Shown one piece after another: positions 1-11,265 of a stretch of DNA of 64,000 nt. The stretch spans positions 310,001 to 374,000 of the forward strand of contig OW569386.1 of assembly GCA_937625935.1 (NCBI GenBank), in the 5' to 3' direction. The stretch is from Tetramitus jugosus (Eukaryota; Protista; Heterolobosea). The translations under genes and the position numbers were made by a program. The notes under the pieces are model-generated. The model was not told the DNA's origin. It ran no database searches and was given only the letters and a program-made list of their open reading frames with translations. Position 1 is the first letter of the stretch. Each line of letters begins with the position of its first letter.

Positions 1-969
1 CCCAGTTCGCTCATCGATACCCTTGAAAAACCTCTCGTCCTTCTGAACATCAAACACGTTCAAAAAGTCCCCTGTACTGAAACATGATCCAACAATGCTT
101 TTGGAGTCTCTTGCCGATATCCGAATCACATCGGGTATCTTCTTAATGATATCTTCATCTACATACTCGTCGTCAATAGAAGGTGGACAAACTATGGCTA
201 AACTCTCGAGCTCTTTGTCTTTTGGATTATGAATAAATAAAGTTGCGGTGACTGCACTCAGAGAAAGCACTAAGGCTTCTAACATGCTTTTCATGAGCGA
301 TAGAAATAGTTCCCTTCGATCATTAATTGAACTCGTAGTAGATGCTGTTGGTGTGTTTGATCTCATTGTAACCTTCTTATTTAGTAGCAAGTGATCTCTC
401 TGTTTTCTCAATGTTTCTTTTTCCTCTTGTAATCTGTCCAAGTTCATCATACACTCACTCCATCGATCCTGTAATTTATCATATCTAGCTCTCCAGTCTT
501 TAATTTTCATGTCTCTCTCCCTGTTTGATATCGCTAAATCTGTTCGCAACATTTCAATCTCATTGTTCTTCTTTTGTTCATTCTGAACGACGATGGTGTC
601 CACTTCACTCAACAAGGTCTCGAATCCTATTCGATCACCCTCTCCTGTCATGATCGTATTAGAGTACATTCTTCGGATCTTGTTCAGAGCTCTCGCTAGC
701 TTGGTCTCCTCCTGTAGCAAAAAGTCATCAAACATGTCATCTTCATCATCTTCGTCCTTGTTCATGTGTACGTTGCCTTGTTGATCTGACTGAACTTGCT
801 TCCCATCATTTCTACCATTCATACCATGCACAGTGTGTTGATGATTCTCCATGCTACCGTTCTCATTCCTTCCTTGCTTGCTGTCTTCGTTGTCTCGACT
901 TAGTCCTTGAGTACTTTGGCGCCCTGAGTGAGAAGACGAAGGTTTATCGTTGGTCATCACAGAGTCCAT
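1..969 (-). CDS. Coiled-coil plus GAF-domain signalling protein, 5' part (runs off the window edge)
   Basis: Not in the ORF track. Hand translation from ATG 969 is open to position 1: MDSVMTNDKP..., coiled coil, then GAF-like ATLFIHNPKDKEL...SIVGSCFSTGDFLNVFDVQKDERFFKGIDERTG. Confidence 0.75.
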   Translation of the reverse strand, partial: MDSVMTNDKPSSSHSGRQSTQGLSRDNEDSKQGRNENGSMENHQHTVHGMNGRNDGKQVQSDQQGNVHMNKDEDDEDDMFDDFLLQEETKLARALNKIRRMYSNTIMTGEGDRIGFETLLSEVDTIVVQNEQKKNNEIEMLRTDLAISNRERDMKIKDWRARYDKLQDRWSECMMNLDRLQEEKETLRKQRDHLLLNKKVTMRSNTPTASTTSSINDRRELFLSLMKSMLEALVLSLSAVTATLFIHNPKDKELESLAIVCPPSIDDEYVDEDIIKKIPDVIRISARDSKSIVGSCFSTGDFLNVFDVQKDERFFKGIDERTG

Positions 970-1114
970 CTTGGAGATTGTACGTCAATGATTTGGTTGG
1001 AATAGAATTGACCTTCTCAACTTCACGAACGTGCAACCTGTGAAGAAAGATTCGACCACTTTCTGTAGCCCGAAACCGAAAAAGGGCCGCTGAGCGGAGA
1101 AACGTCTCATTTAT

Positions 1115-1921
1115 TTACAAGTTTCTCTGCAAGTCTGCCATCATTGCTTCGAGCTGCTGCTTAAGCAATTGAGCTTGCAGGAGCTGATCCTTTGGATTCG
1201 CAATGTTCTGGATGGCTGATTGAAGATTAAACATGGATGCAGCAATCTGTGGTTCCTCAGTTGATCTTGTCGGCTTCTTGGTTGCAGAGCCAAAGACTGT
1301 TCTCTTTCCACCAGTGCCTGGCAATCGATTACTGTTCGTTGTCTTCCTAGGCGTTTTACTCGTGTTGTTATTTGAGTGCAACGTCTGTAGAATTCTGCTT
1401 GTAATCTCCTGACCTGCAGCCTCACCATCCATCCGACACAAATTATCAATATCACTACCATAAACATTCTTAAACTCTTTCATTGTCATTTGTTTGAGCT
1501 TTGTTGGTAATTTAAACAATTGTACAGCGAGTTCTCTCTGAACACGAGCACAGCACTGTTCTCCCATTGTTTTCAGAGTCACACAACGAGTCTCTACTTC
1601 GTCATCGTACTGACGAATAATCAATTCCAATTTTTGCTTGTCAATATGGTTCAACGAACTAGAAACCGTGTTGGAGAACTTGGTGGAGCGAGAATGATTT
1701 CGCGGGGTAAAAAGTTGAGTACTCTGATCAGATTCACAGTCAGAGCTATCAGTAGTGGTGGTAGATGCGGTGCTGGATCTCTGACTTGTTCTCCTGCGCC
1801 TCCGTCTTGTTGTTGTCGATGACATGCTTTCTTTTCGGCTTACAACAGGAGTGGACACTTCCTCTTCTTCTTCCTCTTGTTGTTGAGTCGTTCTTCTTCT
1901 GGATGTTCGTACACGGGGCAT
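1115..1921 (-). CDS. Borealin/Nbl1 N-terminal-domain protein (chromosomal passenger complex)
   Basis: KLELIIRQYDDEVETRC...LFKLPTKLKQMTMKEFKNVYG resembles the Nbl1_Borealin_N motif; S/T/R-rich flanks. Confidence 0.75.
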   Translation of the reverse strand: MPRVRTSRRRTTQQQEEEEEEVSTPVVSRKESMSSTTTRRRRRRTSQRSSTASTTTTDSSDCESDQSTQLFTPRNHSRSTKFSNTVSSSLNHIDKQKLELIIRQYDDEVETRCVTLKTMGEQCCARVQRELAVQLFKLPTKLKQMTMKEFKNVYGSDIDNLCRMDGEAAGQEITSRILQTLHSNNNTSKTPRKTTNSNRLPGTGGKRTVFGSATKKPTRSTEEPQIAASMFNLQSAIQNIANPKDQLLQAQLLKQQLEAMMADLQRNL

Positions 1922-2209
1922 TATGGTTTATTCGTCTTCTATTATGTATCTCGTGTGTTGTTGTTCGTCAATTCTTTACCGAGCTCAAAAATGAATAATT
2001 TTCTTTCCAGGACTTAAAAATTTGGAGGGAAGGTAACGTTCCATTTTTTGAACTCCGACAACCATTTCCCCTCGCTTTTTTTACAAATTGCATTCTTCAA
2101 TCACTCACTTCCAAAAGAGATAAAATACCGCGCCAAAAAAGCAAACAAGAACACAAACAAACACACATACATATAGATATCTATCAAAACAACAAACAAC
2201 AACAACAAA

Positions 2210-3013
2210 ATGAACATACCAAACGATGGAACCATTTATTTTCTAGGTGACAAAATACCGCAAGAAGTCATCCGCATGCTCATTGTCCTCCCCCACATTT
2301 CCACTCAAAATATTGAAAAAATTCTTCAATACGTCATTCAATACATTTCTGGTATACCTGTTGCATCTACTACTACCACTACTACATCATCATCATCATC
2401 TGACAATCATGAATCTTCATCATCATCATCATCATCAATGGGTGTGACTGAAGAACAATCACTCCTCATTTCTCAATTGAATGAACAAATGGAATCTGAA
2501 TTTGAAGTGTCATGGCAAACGATTCCATTGAAGAAGAAGAAAAAATCAGAGATTGAGCATGTACAATTGGCAAAAACAAGTGGATTGTTTCCCGTCGTGT
2601 TCACTGGTCTGTATTTTATGATTCGGAGTGCCATTCGTCAAAAATTGAGAAATGCAGATTTTTTGGATCAGTGCACTCGATTGATGATGCATGAAGCGGC
2701 GTTGAAATTGGTGACAAAAATGTATGAGAACAAAAAGGAACAGTTGATTCAGGTGAGTAAGGACAGAGCCAGTTGGTTTCAAACAGTGATCAATGTTCGA
2801 TGGAGAATTGATGTGACGATTAGTACGTCTGTGATGAGTCGTGTGTTCAAACCGGTGCTCATGCTACAGTTGGAGTTGAGTAATGGAGTAGTGAGAACAA
2901 TGGAAGTTTCACTGCAACAGTTTCACGAGTTGAGATTGGCATGTGCAACGGCAATGAACGATATGATTACAGTGTCGAATCATCCTGTGATGCTCATCAA
3001 GGACAGAGACTAA
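2210..3013 (+). CDS. COMMD5: COMM domain-containing protein 5
   Basis: N-terminal FLGDKIPQEV; C-terminal COMM domain VRWRIDVTISTSVMSRVFKPVLMLQLELSNG...FHELRLACA. Confidence 0.85.
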   Translation: MNIPNDGTIYFLGDKIPQEVIRMLIVLPHISTQNIEKILQYVIQYISGIPVASTTTTTTSSSSSDNHESSSSSSSSMGVTEEQSLLISQLNEQMESEFEVSWQTIPLKKKKKSEIEHVQLAKTSGLFPVVFTGLYFMIRSAIRQKLRNADFLDQCTRLMMHEAALKLVTKMYENKKEQLIQVSKDRASWFQTVINVRWRIDVTISTSVMSRVFKPVLMLQLELSNGVVRTMEVSLQQFHELRLACATAMNDMITVSNHPVMLIKDRD

Positions 3014-3092
3014 ATCATCACACATTATTGTGTGTGTACTGTATTTGACTATAAAATTTTGATTCTGATTTTTTTAATTCGTTGGTGGTGAT

Positions 3093-5618
3093 TTAATCAC
3101 TGTCTGATTCCTCCTCGTCATCGTCTTCTTCCTCCTCTTCTTCCTCCTCGTCTTCCTCTTCTTCTTCTTCTTCAGACTCCTCTTCTGAGTCTTCTTCCTC
3201 GGACTCTTGCAAATAATCCACAAGATCCTTGATCAAGGCGTATGCCTTGAGATCGGACTCGTCTTCCGAGCCTTCGAGATCCTGAGCCCACTCTAATATG
3301 GCATTCACGGACACTATATCGAAATTGTTCAAGATTTGGACAATGTATCGCAACAGGGAAGCAAATTCCGTTCCGTTCGTTCTCGTAAAGAACAACAAGT
3401 AGTCCAACAACTCAATTTGTTCATTGATCTTGTTCTTGTTGATAAACATGGTCAACAGGTACTTCCAGCTTGTCTTGTTCGGTTCAGGGTTCTCTAGAAT
3501 TATCTGGAACATCTTCAACATTTCAGTTGGTGATCTTTCATCTTGCTTGACATATTGGAGCATGGCAGCAAGCACAGCCTTACCACAATCCATCATTGTT
3601 GTATCATTAGACAACTTCAATGAGTTCAATTCCAACTTTGTGTTAGAAATGTCATGGTTGCGAGCAATGGCTCTCTTCAGGGTGTCCAACACTTCAGCAA
3701 AGAAATGTGCCAATTCATCAGTGACTTCAGCAGCAAGATTTACATCCTCTTCCGCAAATCGATCCATCTCTTCTTCCTCTGCCTCATCGACAACCAATCC
3801 GGACATTGAAGCCAATTCATCATCACTCATGCCCAACAGATTGTACAGTTCGGAATTATGGATGATATACTTTCTTCCGATTCCTCCTCTACCGACTTGT
3901 GAAGCATCAGTTTCAACAGTGCTCAAATCAACGGCAGCAGGCGCAGAGATAGATGCATCTCTAATTCGTTGCTTACTGCGGGTGTCTTCTGAATCAGATG
4001 CTTCTTCTGATCCGAGCTCATCCTCATCGTCACCAAACTCGTTATCACTCTTGAAGTCGTCAAAGTCTTCTTCATCGTCCTCATTGCTTTCGAATCCACT
4101 TTCGCTGTCATAATTGTCTTCGTCACTCGCATCTTCATCGTCATCAAAATTGTCATCATCGTCTTCATTCTCTTGATTCTTGGTGCTGAGACGAACGTGC
4201 TCTTCAACAACAAACTCTGGTCCAATGACAACATCATATGACAAGATGGCACCTCTCTTAATGACTGCACTGTGCTTCACCTTGACTCTATTACACAGCA
4301 GACAACTGTCCATGACAACATTGTCCTCAATGACCACATCATCCCAAATATAACAATTCTGAATGACACAATTGTTGCCAATCTTGACATTTCGACCAAT
4401 AATGGATCCAGAAACCACAGAGTTCTCTCCAATGTGAGTATTCTTTCCTACAACGGTATCTTCTCCCAATTCGCACGATCTGGCCAAGTAAACTGGTGAT
4501 TCTGCATAGTTGTTCGGACGCCAGAACTCAAAGTTGGTTCCATAGGAGAAATTCGTGTCTGGTGCCACAGGGTACATCCATCGTCGAACAATGTCCTTGC
4601 TCACGAGATCATAACTGCGGAAACCTCTGATTCTGGATGAGTAGGAATTGGAGACAATCACTGGAGCGACTCTCCACTGAGTGACTTCATCCTCGGACAG
4701 GATATGACCCTTGAGGAAATCCATTCTCAAATCATTAAAGTCAAAATTCTCGTTCAGCACGTCGAGCACAGCAGGCGAACAAATATCAATATGACAATCC
4801 ATCAAATCCGATCTCAGAACCACATCACCACTCTTCTTCATTTGTTCAATGGACATGGAGAATGGTTTTGGCTTCTTTCCATTCTTTTTCCTCTCTGAAT
4901 CTCTCTCTTGCAAGTGCAAATTACTGTCATAGCTCAATAGCGTATTGGTCTCTGGTGCAATACTCAGAGTCACTGAATCAGACGTTGGAATGGTCAATGT
5001 TTTTTTTCTTGCAAAAACAGAGCTCATAATCAAAGTAGGATCCTTCTTTCTGGCTTCTCTGTGTCGTTCAATAATAGGTTTCAAGTCAATGTTGCTCACA
5101 ACGTCTCCAGCAATCAACACAAAGTCATTGTTACGAATCAGATCCATTTCATGAACAGAACGAAGTGCATCACCTGCACTAGTGGCAGATTGAGATTCAA
5201 TGGTTCGAACTTCGACACCCAATTGTGCATTCGTCCACTTGTCACTCTTTTTGATATAGTTTTTGATTTGTTGGGCATGAGCACAGCAAAAGACAAAAAT
5301 TTCTTGGACACCACTGGCTGCCAATAGCTCTAGCACGTATTCAAGGATGGGAACATTCACCAATGGTAATAACGTCTTTTTTTTTGTATCATCAAAAAGG
5401 TTAGTTAGTTTTTGTAAGGTGTATACATTTTTTTGGCGCGCTGACAATTAGTCCGACAACAAAAAGAAAAAGAAGCTTACTCTTGGTCTTTGAAGCGTAA
5501 TAGGACGGAATTCCTTTGAGAATGAATCGGCCAAAACAACGGCCTTTATGCGATCTTCGGCTCTTTGAATGTTGGAACCACCCTTTGATCCACCCTTCTT
5601 TTGTGTTGGTTTCGTCAT
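3093..5618 (-). CDS. EIF2B5: Translation initiation factor eIF2B epsilon; exons 5618-5481 and 5375-3093
   Basis: Exon 1 gives MTKPTQKK...KAVVLADSFSKEFRPITLQRPR; GTAAG...AAG intron 5480-5376 joins to TLLPLVNVPILEY; nucleotidyltransferase-like domain, hexapeptide beta-helix, acidic linker, W2 domain. Confidence 0.92.
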
Positions 5619-5930
5619 GATTTTTCGTTTTCGTTTTGTTGTTGTTTTGCTGCGATTTTTTTTTCACGCTTTTTTTTTCAAGTCACTTTTGCCTCCGCCC
5701 GTGTGACACAAACACTTGTGAAATTGCATGCCTCAATCTCAAGATTGTCCTACTGAGCATCGGAGTTAAAGTCATGTATTGTATTGTTGGATCAGACTGT
5801 TGTGTAAATTGTAATGAGCAAGCTCCTTCAAAATAAGTCAGCTGATTGCTTGTTGTGTTTTATTAATTATAACATGTTTATGTACGATCAAAATGAGAAG
5901 AATTAAAATCTTGGAGAAAGCTTCGCCACC

Positions 5931-6807
5931 TTAAAATCTTCGCTTGTCTTCTCTGAAGAATCTCTTGAGCACGAACACTTGGACAACGCTCATGATTACC
6001 AATACAATTGCCTCGACAATTGACCAGTACAAAATCTTATCATTGGTCTCTTCAGCCACTAAACAATGTCAAACAGAAAAAAGCACGCTGTGAGTAAACA
6101 ACAATCAACATAACAAGGTATGGAATGGAGTCAAAAATAATACAACAACAACAACAAAAAACAACATACAATCTCTGTGATTATGTTCTCTCATTCTCAA
6201 ATATTTTTGTTCGTTTTGAATTTCGCTCAATCCCTCTGTCAATCTCATGATTGATTTCACAATTGGATCAGAGTGATCTGAATTTCAGACAAAAAAAAAT
6301 ACACACACACACAACCATGTTAGCTCACACATAAAAACAACAACAACAACAACAACAATAAAAAAAATATCATCAATTTTCAAAGCTAAAAAACATACCA
6401 ATCTTTGTCAAATGAGGATCCATCACATCACCCACATGAACAGTAAATGAAACAACCTTTGGTGTCAATGTGCTCATGGCATTAGAGAAGCACAACTTGT
6501 AATCACCAGCATCAACAGCAGTCAATGTAAACTTTCCTTCCGTTTCTCTATCAATCTGATGAACCAAATCATTCTTTGGTCCATACATTTTGAAGTCAAT
6601 GTCCAAGAATCCACCACTGGCGACTTGGAATTGAACTTGTACTTTTACATTTTCTTTGGAAACACTTTCAAAGAAGCATTGTTCGGCCTTTGCATCAATT
6701 TTGACTGTAATTGCTTGAACGAGTGAAGATGATGATGATGTCAAGAGGAGGAAAATGGAGCACAGAACGAGTAGAGTGATCGCAGAGATTTTGGATAGTG
6801 TGATCAT
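5931..6807 (-). CDS. TMED2: p24/emp24 GOLD-domain cargo receptor (TMED2-like); exons 6807-6399, 6277-6170, 6058-5931
   Basis: Signal peptide; GOLD domain EQCFFE...GGFLDIDF...YKLCFSNAMSTLTPKVV; spliced coiled coil EQKYLRMREHNHRD, ETNDKILYWS transmembrane helix and LKRFF tail; two GTATGT...AG introns. Confidence 0.9.
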
Positions 6808-7157
6808 GATTTGTTGCCAAAAAAAAAATCTTAGAGTGTTGTTATTTGTTGTTTTTGGTGTTGTTGTTGGTATTTGATGATGTTGCCGTTCTCTCTCAGA
6901 TGATTTTTGTTTGCCCAAATCACAAAAAAAGATTGTCGTGTTTTTTTTTCTTTGTGTCGGGAGTCGGATCTATTTCTTTCGAATTCAAAAATAGTTGGAC
7001 CATAGGAGAAAAACAATTCTGTGAGTGGGCGCTTTTCGCTCACACAAGCCACACAGAAATTCAAACAACACACAACTGAACAAAACACACGAAGCTCATT
7101 CTGAATATCTGAACAAGATAAACGAGACAACATCACATAAAAACAACACGAAAAAAA

Positions 7158-8225
7158 ATGTCATGGTTCAGCTTATCCACACTCACCGAACAAGGCACCA
7201 AGCTCATGGATGTCTACACGAGAGACATTTCTGAATTTGCCAGTGCACTCTCATCAGAGACGAGTCAACTGGTCACTGATGCAGCATCAAAGGTCAAAAC
7301 GACAATAGGATCCATAGATGGTGCTGGTGATGAACAACAACAAAAGATGGATACACACAAGAATAAGACCACCATGATAAGATCACTTCAACAGTCACAA
7401 GAGTCATTTGAGAAACGATTGATGGAGTTACAGCAAGATGAAGGCACGTACAAGCGAGATGTTCCACAATATTCTACTACGGCTGTTGTTGTGGATGGTG
7501 ACAGTAGTAGTGGTAGTGAGGAAAAGAAGGAAGAAGACTCCGACAGTGTCGGAGCATCGGAGAAGGAGGCGGCGTTATGGCGGGATTTTACAGACAAGTT
7601 TTTGAGCGCTTGGAATGTGGATGCGTACACTGATAAAATCTCAAAGCTGTTGGAGGAGAATGAATTTGTGAAAAAGTTTCACGGTGAGCTCGTTCCCGTC
7701 AACTTGACGTACGAAAGCTTTTGGAAACACTATTTTTATTGGTTCGAGAGATTTATGGAACAGGAGGAGCGGAGAAAAAAGCTCTTGCAGACGTTGGTCA
7801 ACCAGAGCATGGAGGACGAGGAGCTAGAAGGATGGGACGATGAAGAAGAGGAAGATGAGGAGAATTCTGGCGGTGGTGCCGGTCTCGATGAATGGAACAA
7901 TGAACTCATCAGAACTCAATACAATAAGCTAAAGGAAACAGTTCTTGTGATGCTCGGTGAGAATGACAAGGATGATGAGCACGCTGTTCGGTTAAAGAAG
8001 CAAATGAATGATTTGTTGAGTGCAGAGTGTCCATTCTTGTTTGAAACAGCATCGTCCTTGTTGAACGATGAGAGAAAGCAAGTGGAAGAAGATTCTCTGT
8101 TGATGGCTGCGGATGATCAGTTGGATGAGTCGAACCTACTGCGATCTACGACTCTGAAATCCAGTGTAGAAGCAGAAAATACTAATGGTGGTGAAGGTGA
8201 AGGTGATGAAGACGATTGGGAATAA
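7158..8225 (+). CDS. BSD-domain protein
   Basis: LLEENEFVKKFHGELVPVNLTYESFWKHYFYW BSD motif; acidic tail ending DDWE. Confidence 0.85.
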   Translation: MSWFSLSTLTEQGTKLMDVYTRDISEFASALSSETSQLVTDAASKVKTTIGSIDGAGDEQQQKMDTHKNKTTMIRSLQQSQESFEKRLMELQQDEGTYKRDVPQYSTTAVVVDGDSSSGSEEKKEEDSDSVGASEKEAALWRDFTDKFLSAWNVDAYTDKISKLLEENEFVKKFHGELVPVNLTYESFWKHYFYWFERFMEQEERRKKLLQTLVNQSMEDEELEGWDDEEEEDEENSGGGAGLDEWNNELIRTQYNKLKETVLVMLGENDKDDEHAVRLKKQMNDLLSAECPFLFETASSLLNDERKQVEEDSLLMAADDQLDESNLLRSTTLKSSVEAENTNGGEGEGDEDDWE

Positions 8226-8433
8226 TGAATATATTCTCTCATTTCACCGAGAAACAAAAAACAACCCAAGGGTGCACCTACTCTTTGCGACGTATATCAA
8301 CCAAATCAGAGTGTGCACCAATTGCTGCAGAGCTGGCGATTCTTGTACAAAATCATGTAAACTTCTTCTTTAAAAGAAAGATCAATGAGAAAGATCTTTT
8401 CAATTCTTTTCATACAACAACTGAGCTTCCCTC

Positions 8434-9315
8434 TCAGAGCTCAACGTTGTGTATTCCACAAGCAATGGAAAACAGGTAATCTTGTTGGTGTTCACTTTCA
8501 GCCCACGCTGTGGTGAGACTCTTGAACTTTGTTTTAATTTCCTGGAAGGTGGCTTCACAAATGGCTCTCACACTTCTCTGTTTGGCATTGTATTCTTCTT
8601 CACCTTGACTGAGGGGATTGCCCTTCTTCGTGCGACCAGCAGGAATCGTGATTGGTGTGTAGCACTTCAATCCAGTCTCATGTTCGAACCTCTGGAAGTG
8701 TGCGTCACCAATAAACACACCACCACTGAAGCTTTCATCAAGAATTCTCTTGTTTATCTTTGCCCAGTGTGAATCATCTAGCTTTGGTGTGTATCCATCC
8801 GAGAAGAATCGAATTCTCCGTTTACCATCAGTGATGACCATTCTTCGCAGAGCTACCTTCTTTAGTTTACCACTATACAAGGGATGCTTCTTGAGTGCCT
8901 CTCCTCTTCTCTCAATTTGACAATCTGTTGAATCGATCCAAAGAGTAGTCTCTCCGAGGTCGCTCGGAATTTTTACTTTCTTTTTTGCTTTTTCCCAGTC
9001 AGCAGTAGTCCCAGGAGTGACTTGACTCCTACCCCAGGTGTTCAGTCCTTTTCTTACCTTTTTGATGTTTCTGTCAAGAGTTTTATGGTTGACGTTGTAC
9101 CAACCTTTTGTTGCCTTCGACAACTCGGAGAAACCAATATGGTATGCATCCTTGTACAGTTGTAGATACACTGTACGCCGAAGAAAGTGCTTCGGTTGAT
9201 CCTGACCCCCGAGATGAACCGGATGGCGAAAGAGGTAGCTGACCAATACATCAACCGTTGCTCTGCGAACTTTTTGCTCGACAGCTTCACGAATGTCACG
9301 ATATGACAGGGTCAT
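8434..9315 (-). mobile_element. DDE transposase of the IS5/ISL2EU/PIF-Harbinger type (DDE_Tnp_4-like), intact 293-aa ORF, termini undefined
   Basis: Catalytic motifs WIDSTD, YSGK, FIGDAHF and YNAKQRSVRAICEATFQEIK; N-terminal HTH-like segment; first ATG at 9315. Confidence 0.8.
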
Positions 9316-9737
9316 TGTATTATTGGTTTTGGTGTTGTTTGGCCAAGCAATCACTTTTCAATCTAGCGGGCCCAATTTTCACCAAAGTGCACGGCCGAAG
9401 AAAAACTCTGGTGATCAAGATTCACTGGTTATTTTTACCACCAATAGTATCCATTGCAGGCCATAAAACTACTAGATCTCCAATCGCAATACACTCTATC
9501 ATCTGCAGTATTGACAATGAAACGGATGGATATATAATCAGATCTGTGTACTTCATTAACCTCTGATAAAATATTTAGCGACAGAATGGAACCTGGTCGT
9601 TTGAAGCATGCAAATGGAATGTATTTGCGCACATGCCCTTGGGCATTGTTGGCAATTCATTTTCGCCGTATGCCTGGTTGTTACAGTAGTATATTCTCAT
9701 ATAGTCAATACCATTACTGCTTCGTTAATTTTTCCTC

Positions 9738-11006
9738 TTACACTTTATTGTGTAGCCAATTCCAAACCTTTTCAGCGTAAGGTGTCACAAGCTCCTGGTT
9801 GTAATTGCTGTCGAGTTCTGACACCTCACAGTACTCGGGAAATGATTGAGATTGAATCATTGGATCATCTTGTGGTTGCATGGTTCGATCGATCATGAAC
9901 TTGAACATGAATCTCTCTGTCAACGTATTCTTCATTCTTCTGTGAATCAGATCATAGTGCATAAATACGACACTACCTGCTTCACAAGGCAAATGAATCT
10001 CAAAGTACTTGTCCTTGGTTTGTCCGGTGTAGTCTAATCTCTCTGGGACGTAGTGATCGGTGGAGTAATGGCTGCCCCGTCTGACTGTTGTCGGACCCAG
10101 TTCCAATGTTGTGTTTTGAGGGAAGTACATCATCATTACGTTATTCAATTTTGGTTGGATGAGTGGAGAGCGATTATAGTTTTGAATGTTGTCTCTGTGC
10201 CAATGCTGATCCTTTCTGTTGCGATATGACCAATGCATGTGACAATGAGTCAGCACATTGTAATCACTACCCAACAATCGATTCGTTATGGAGACAAGTG
10301 TAGGATCATCCAGAATTGTCTTTAGCAAAGGAACTTGCTCCAGCAATTGAGAGTCATATCTCTGACCGCCTTCAATCAGCTTTTGCAATTGAAGTGATTC
10401 CCGAAAGATTGTTCGATGCGTTTGTCTGGGAACAGAGGCCAGTGCACTCGCAGGTACCACCAAATACCCGTCCATAATAAACTGCTTGATACACTGATCC
10501 ATCAATTGACTCCTACAAGCATCATCAACATCAACATCAGTAGTAGCATCAGCAACGTTATAGCAAGCAGGAATTCTACCCAAACAGAGCAGTTCACTCG
10601 CACCGGTACCATGCTCTTCCAACTGACAATACTCGATCAACTTTCTTAGCACATTGACCGAACTTTGAGCAGTCACAATATTCTTTGCCTCATCACCCTT
10701 CTCCCACAGCACATGAATACCCTTGTAACGAAGTCTCGTAATTAAATGTTGACCCGGAATCGTATGTCTCTTGTCAAACGGCACGGAAACAATCGTATTT
10801 TTACTTGATAGATAATCCAATTCCAAGTAAGGCACCAAATGAGCAAACACACTTTCATCCAACAACGCCCTATAGTCATTTGCACGATTGTGCTCTTCCC
10901 GGAGGACTTCTCCGTACTTTTCCACCATGTTTACAATGTGACGCAATACATCGGAAATCTTGCTTGCTTTTTTACCAGTGTTGTTGGCTCTCTTCTTTTC
11001 TCCCAT
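9738..11006 (-). CDS. PhyH-family Fe(II)/2-oxoglutarate dioxygenase with uncharacterised N-terminal domain
   Basis: QFIMDGYLVV, QHWHRD (HxD), GPTTVRRGSH, AGSVVFMHYDLIHR...ERF. Confidence 0.8.
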   Translation of the reverse strand: MGEKKRANNTGKKASKISDVLRHIVNMVEKYGEVLREEHNRANDYRALLDESVFAHLVPYLELDYLSSKNTIVSVPFDKRHTIPGQHLITRLRYKGIHVLWEKGDEAKNIVTAQSSVNVLRKLIEYCQLEEHGTGASELLCLGRIPACYNVADATTDVDVDDACRSQLMDQCIKQFIMDGYLVVPASALASVPRQTHRTIFRESLQLQKLIEGGQRYDSQLLEQVPLLKTILDDPTLVSITNRLLGSDYNVLTHCHMHWSYRNRKDQHWHRDNIQNYNRSPLIQPKLNNVMMMYFPQNTTLELGPTTVRRGSHYSTDHYVPERLDYTGQTKDKYFEIHLPCEAGSVVFMHYDLIHRRMKNTLTERFMFKFMIDRTMQPQDDPMIQSQSFPEYCEVSELDSNYNQELVTPYAEKVWNWLHNKV

Positions 11007-11265
11007 GGATGTGTTTGTTTTGGCGAATTTCTGGGTGAATGTTCATGAAATAAAGTTCAGTTCCCGCGTTTCGGAGAAATAGCTCTTATGTATGTGTATT
11101 CCAAGCGAAACTTCCAACTTGCAGTATCGTGACTTGTAAACAAAATCTAAAACGTTGGATACTATCCTTTGGTACATTTATTTCGTCGTATGTTTCTTAC
11201 ATTGAGTTGTCGATAGACAATGGGTTCACTTCATTTAATGATCAGTCTAGGTTGTTGCATGGTAA

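Noticed and set aside
3424-4113. Long antisense ORFs (also 31841-32632, 59470-60000, 61231-61899)
   Set aside because: They lie opposite well-supported genes and show no family motifs.
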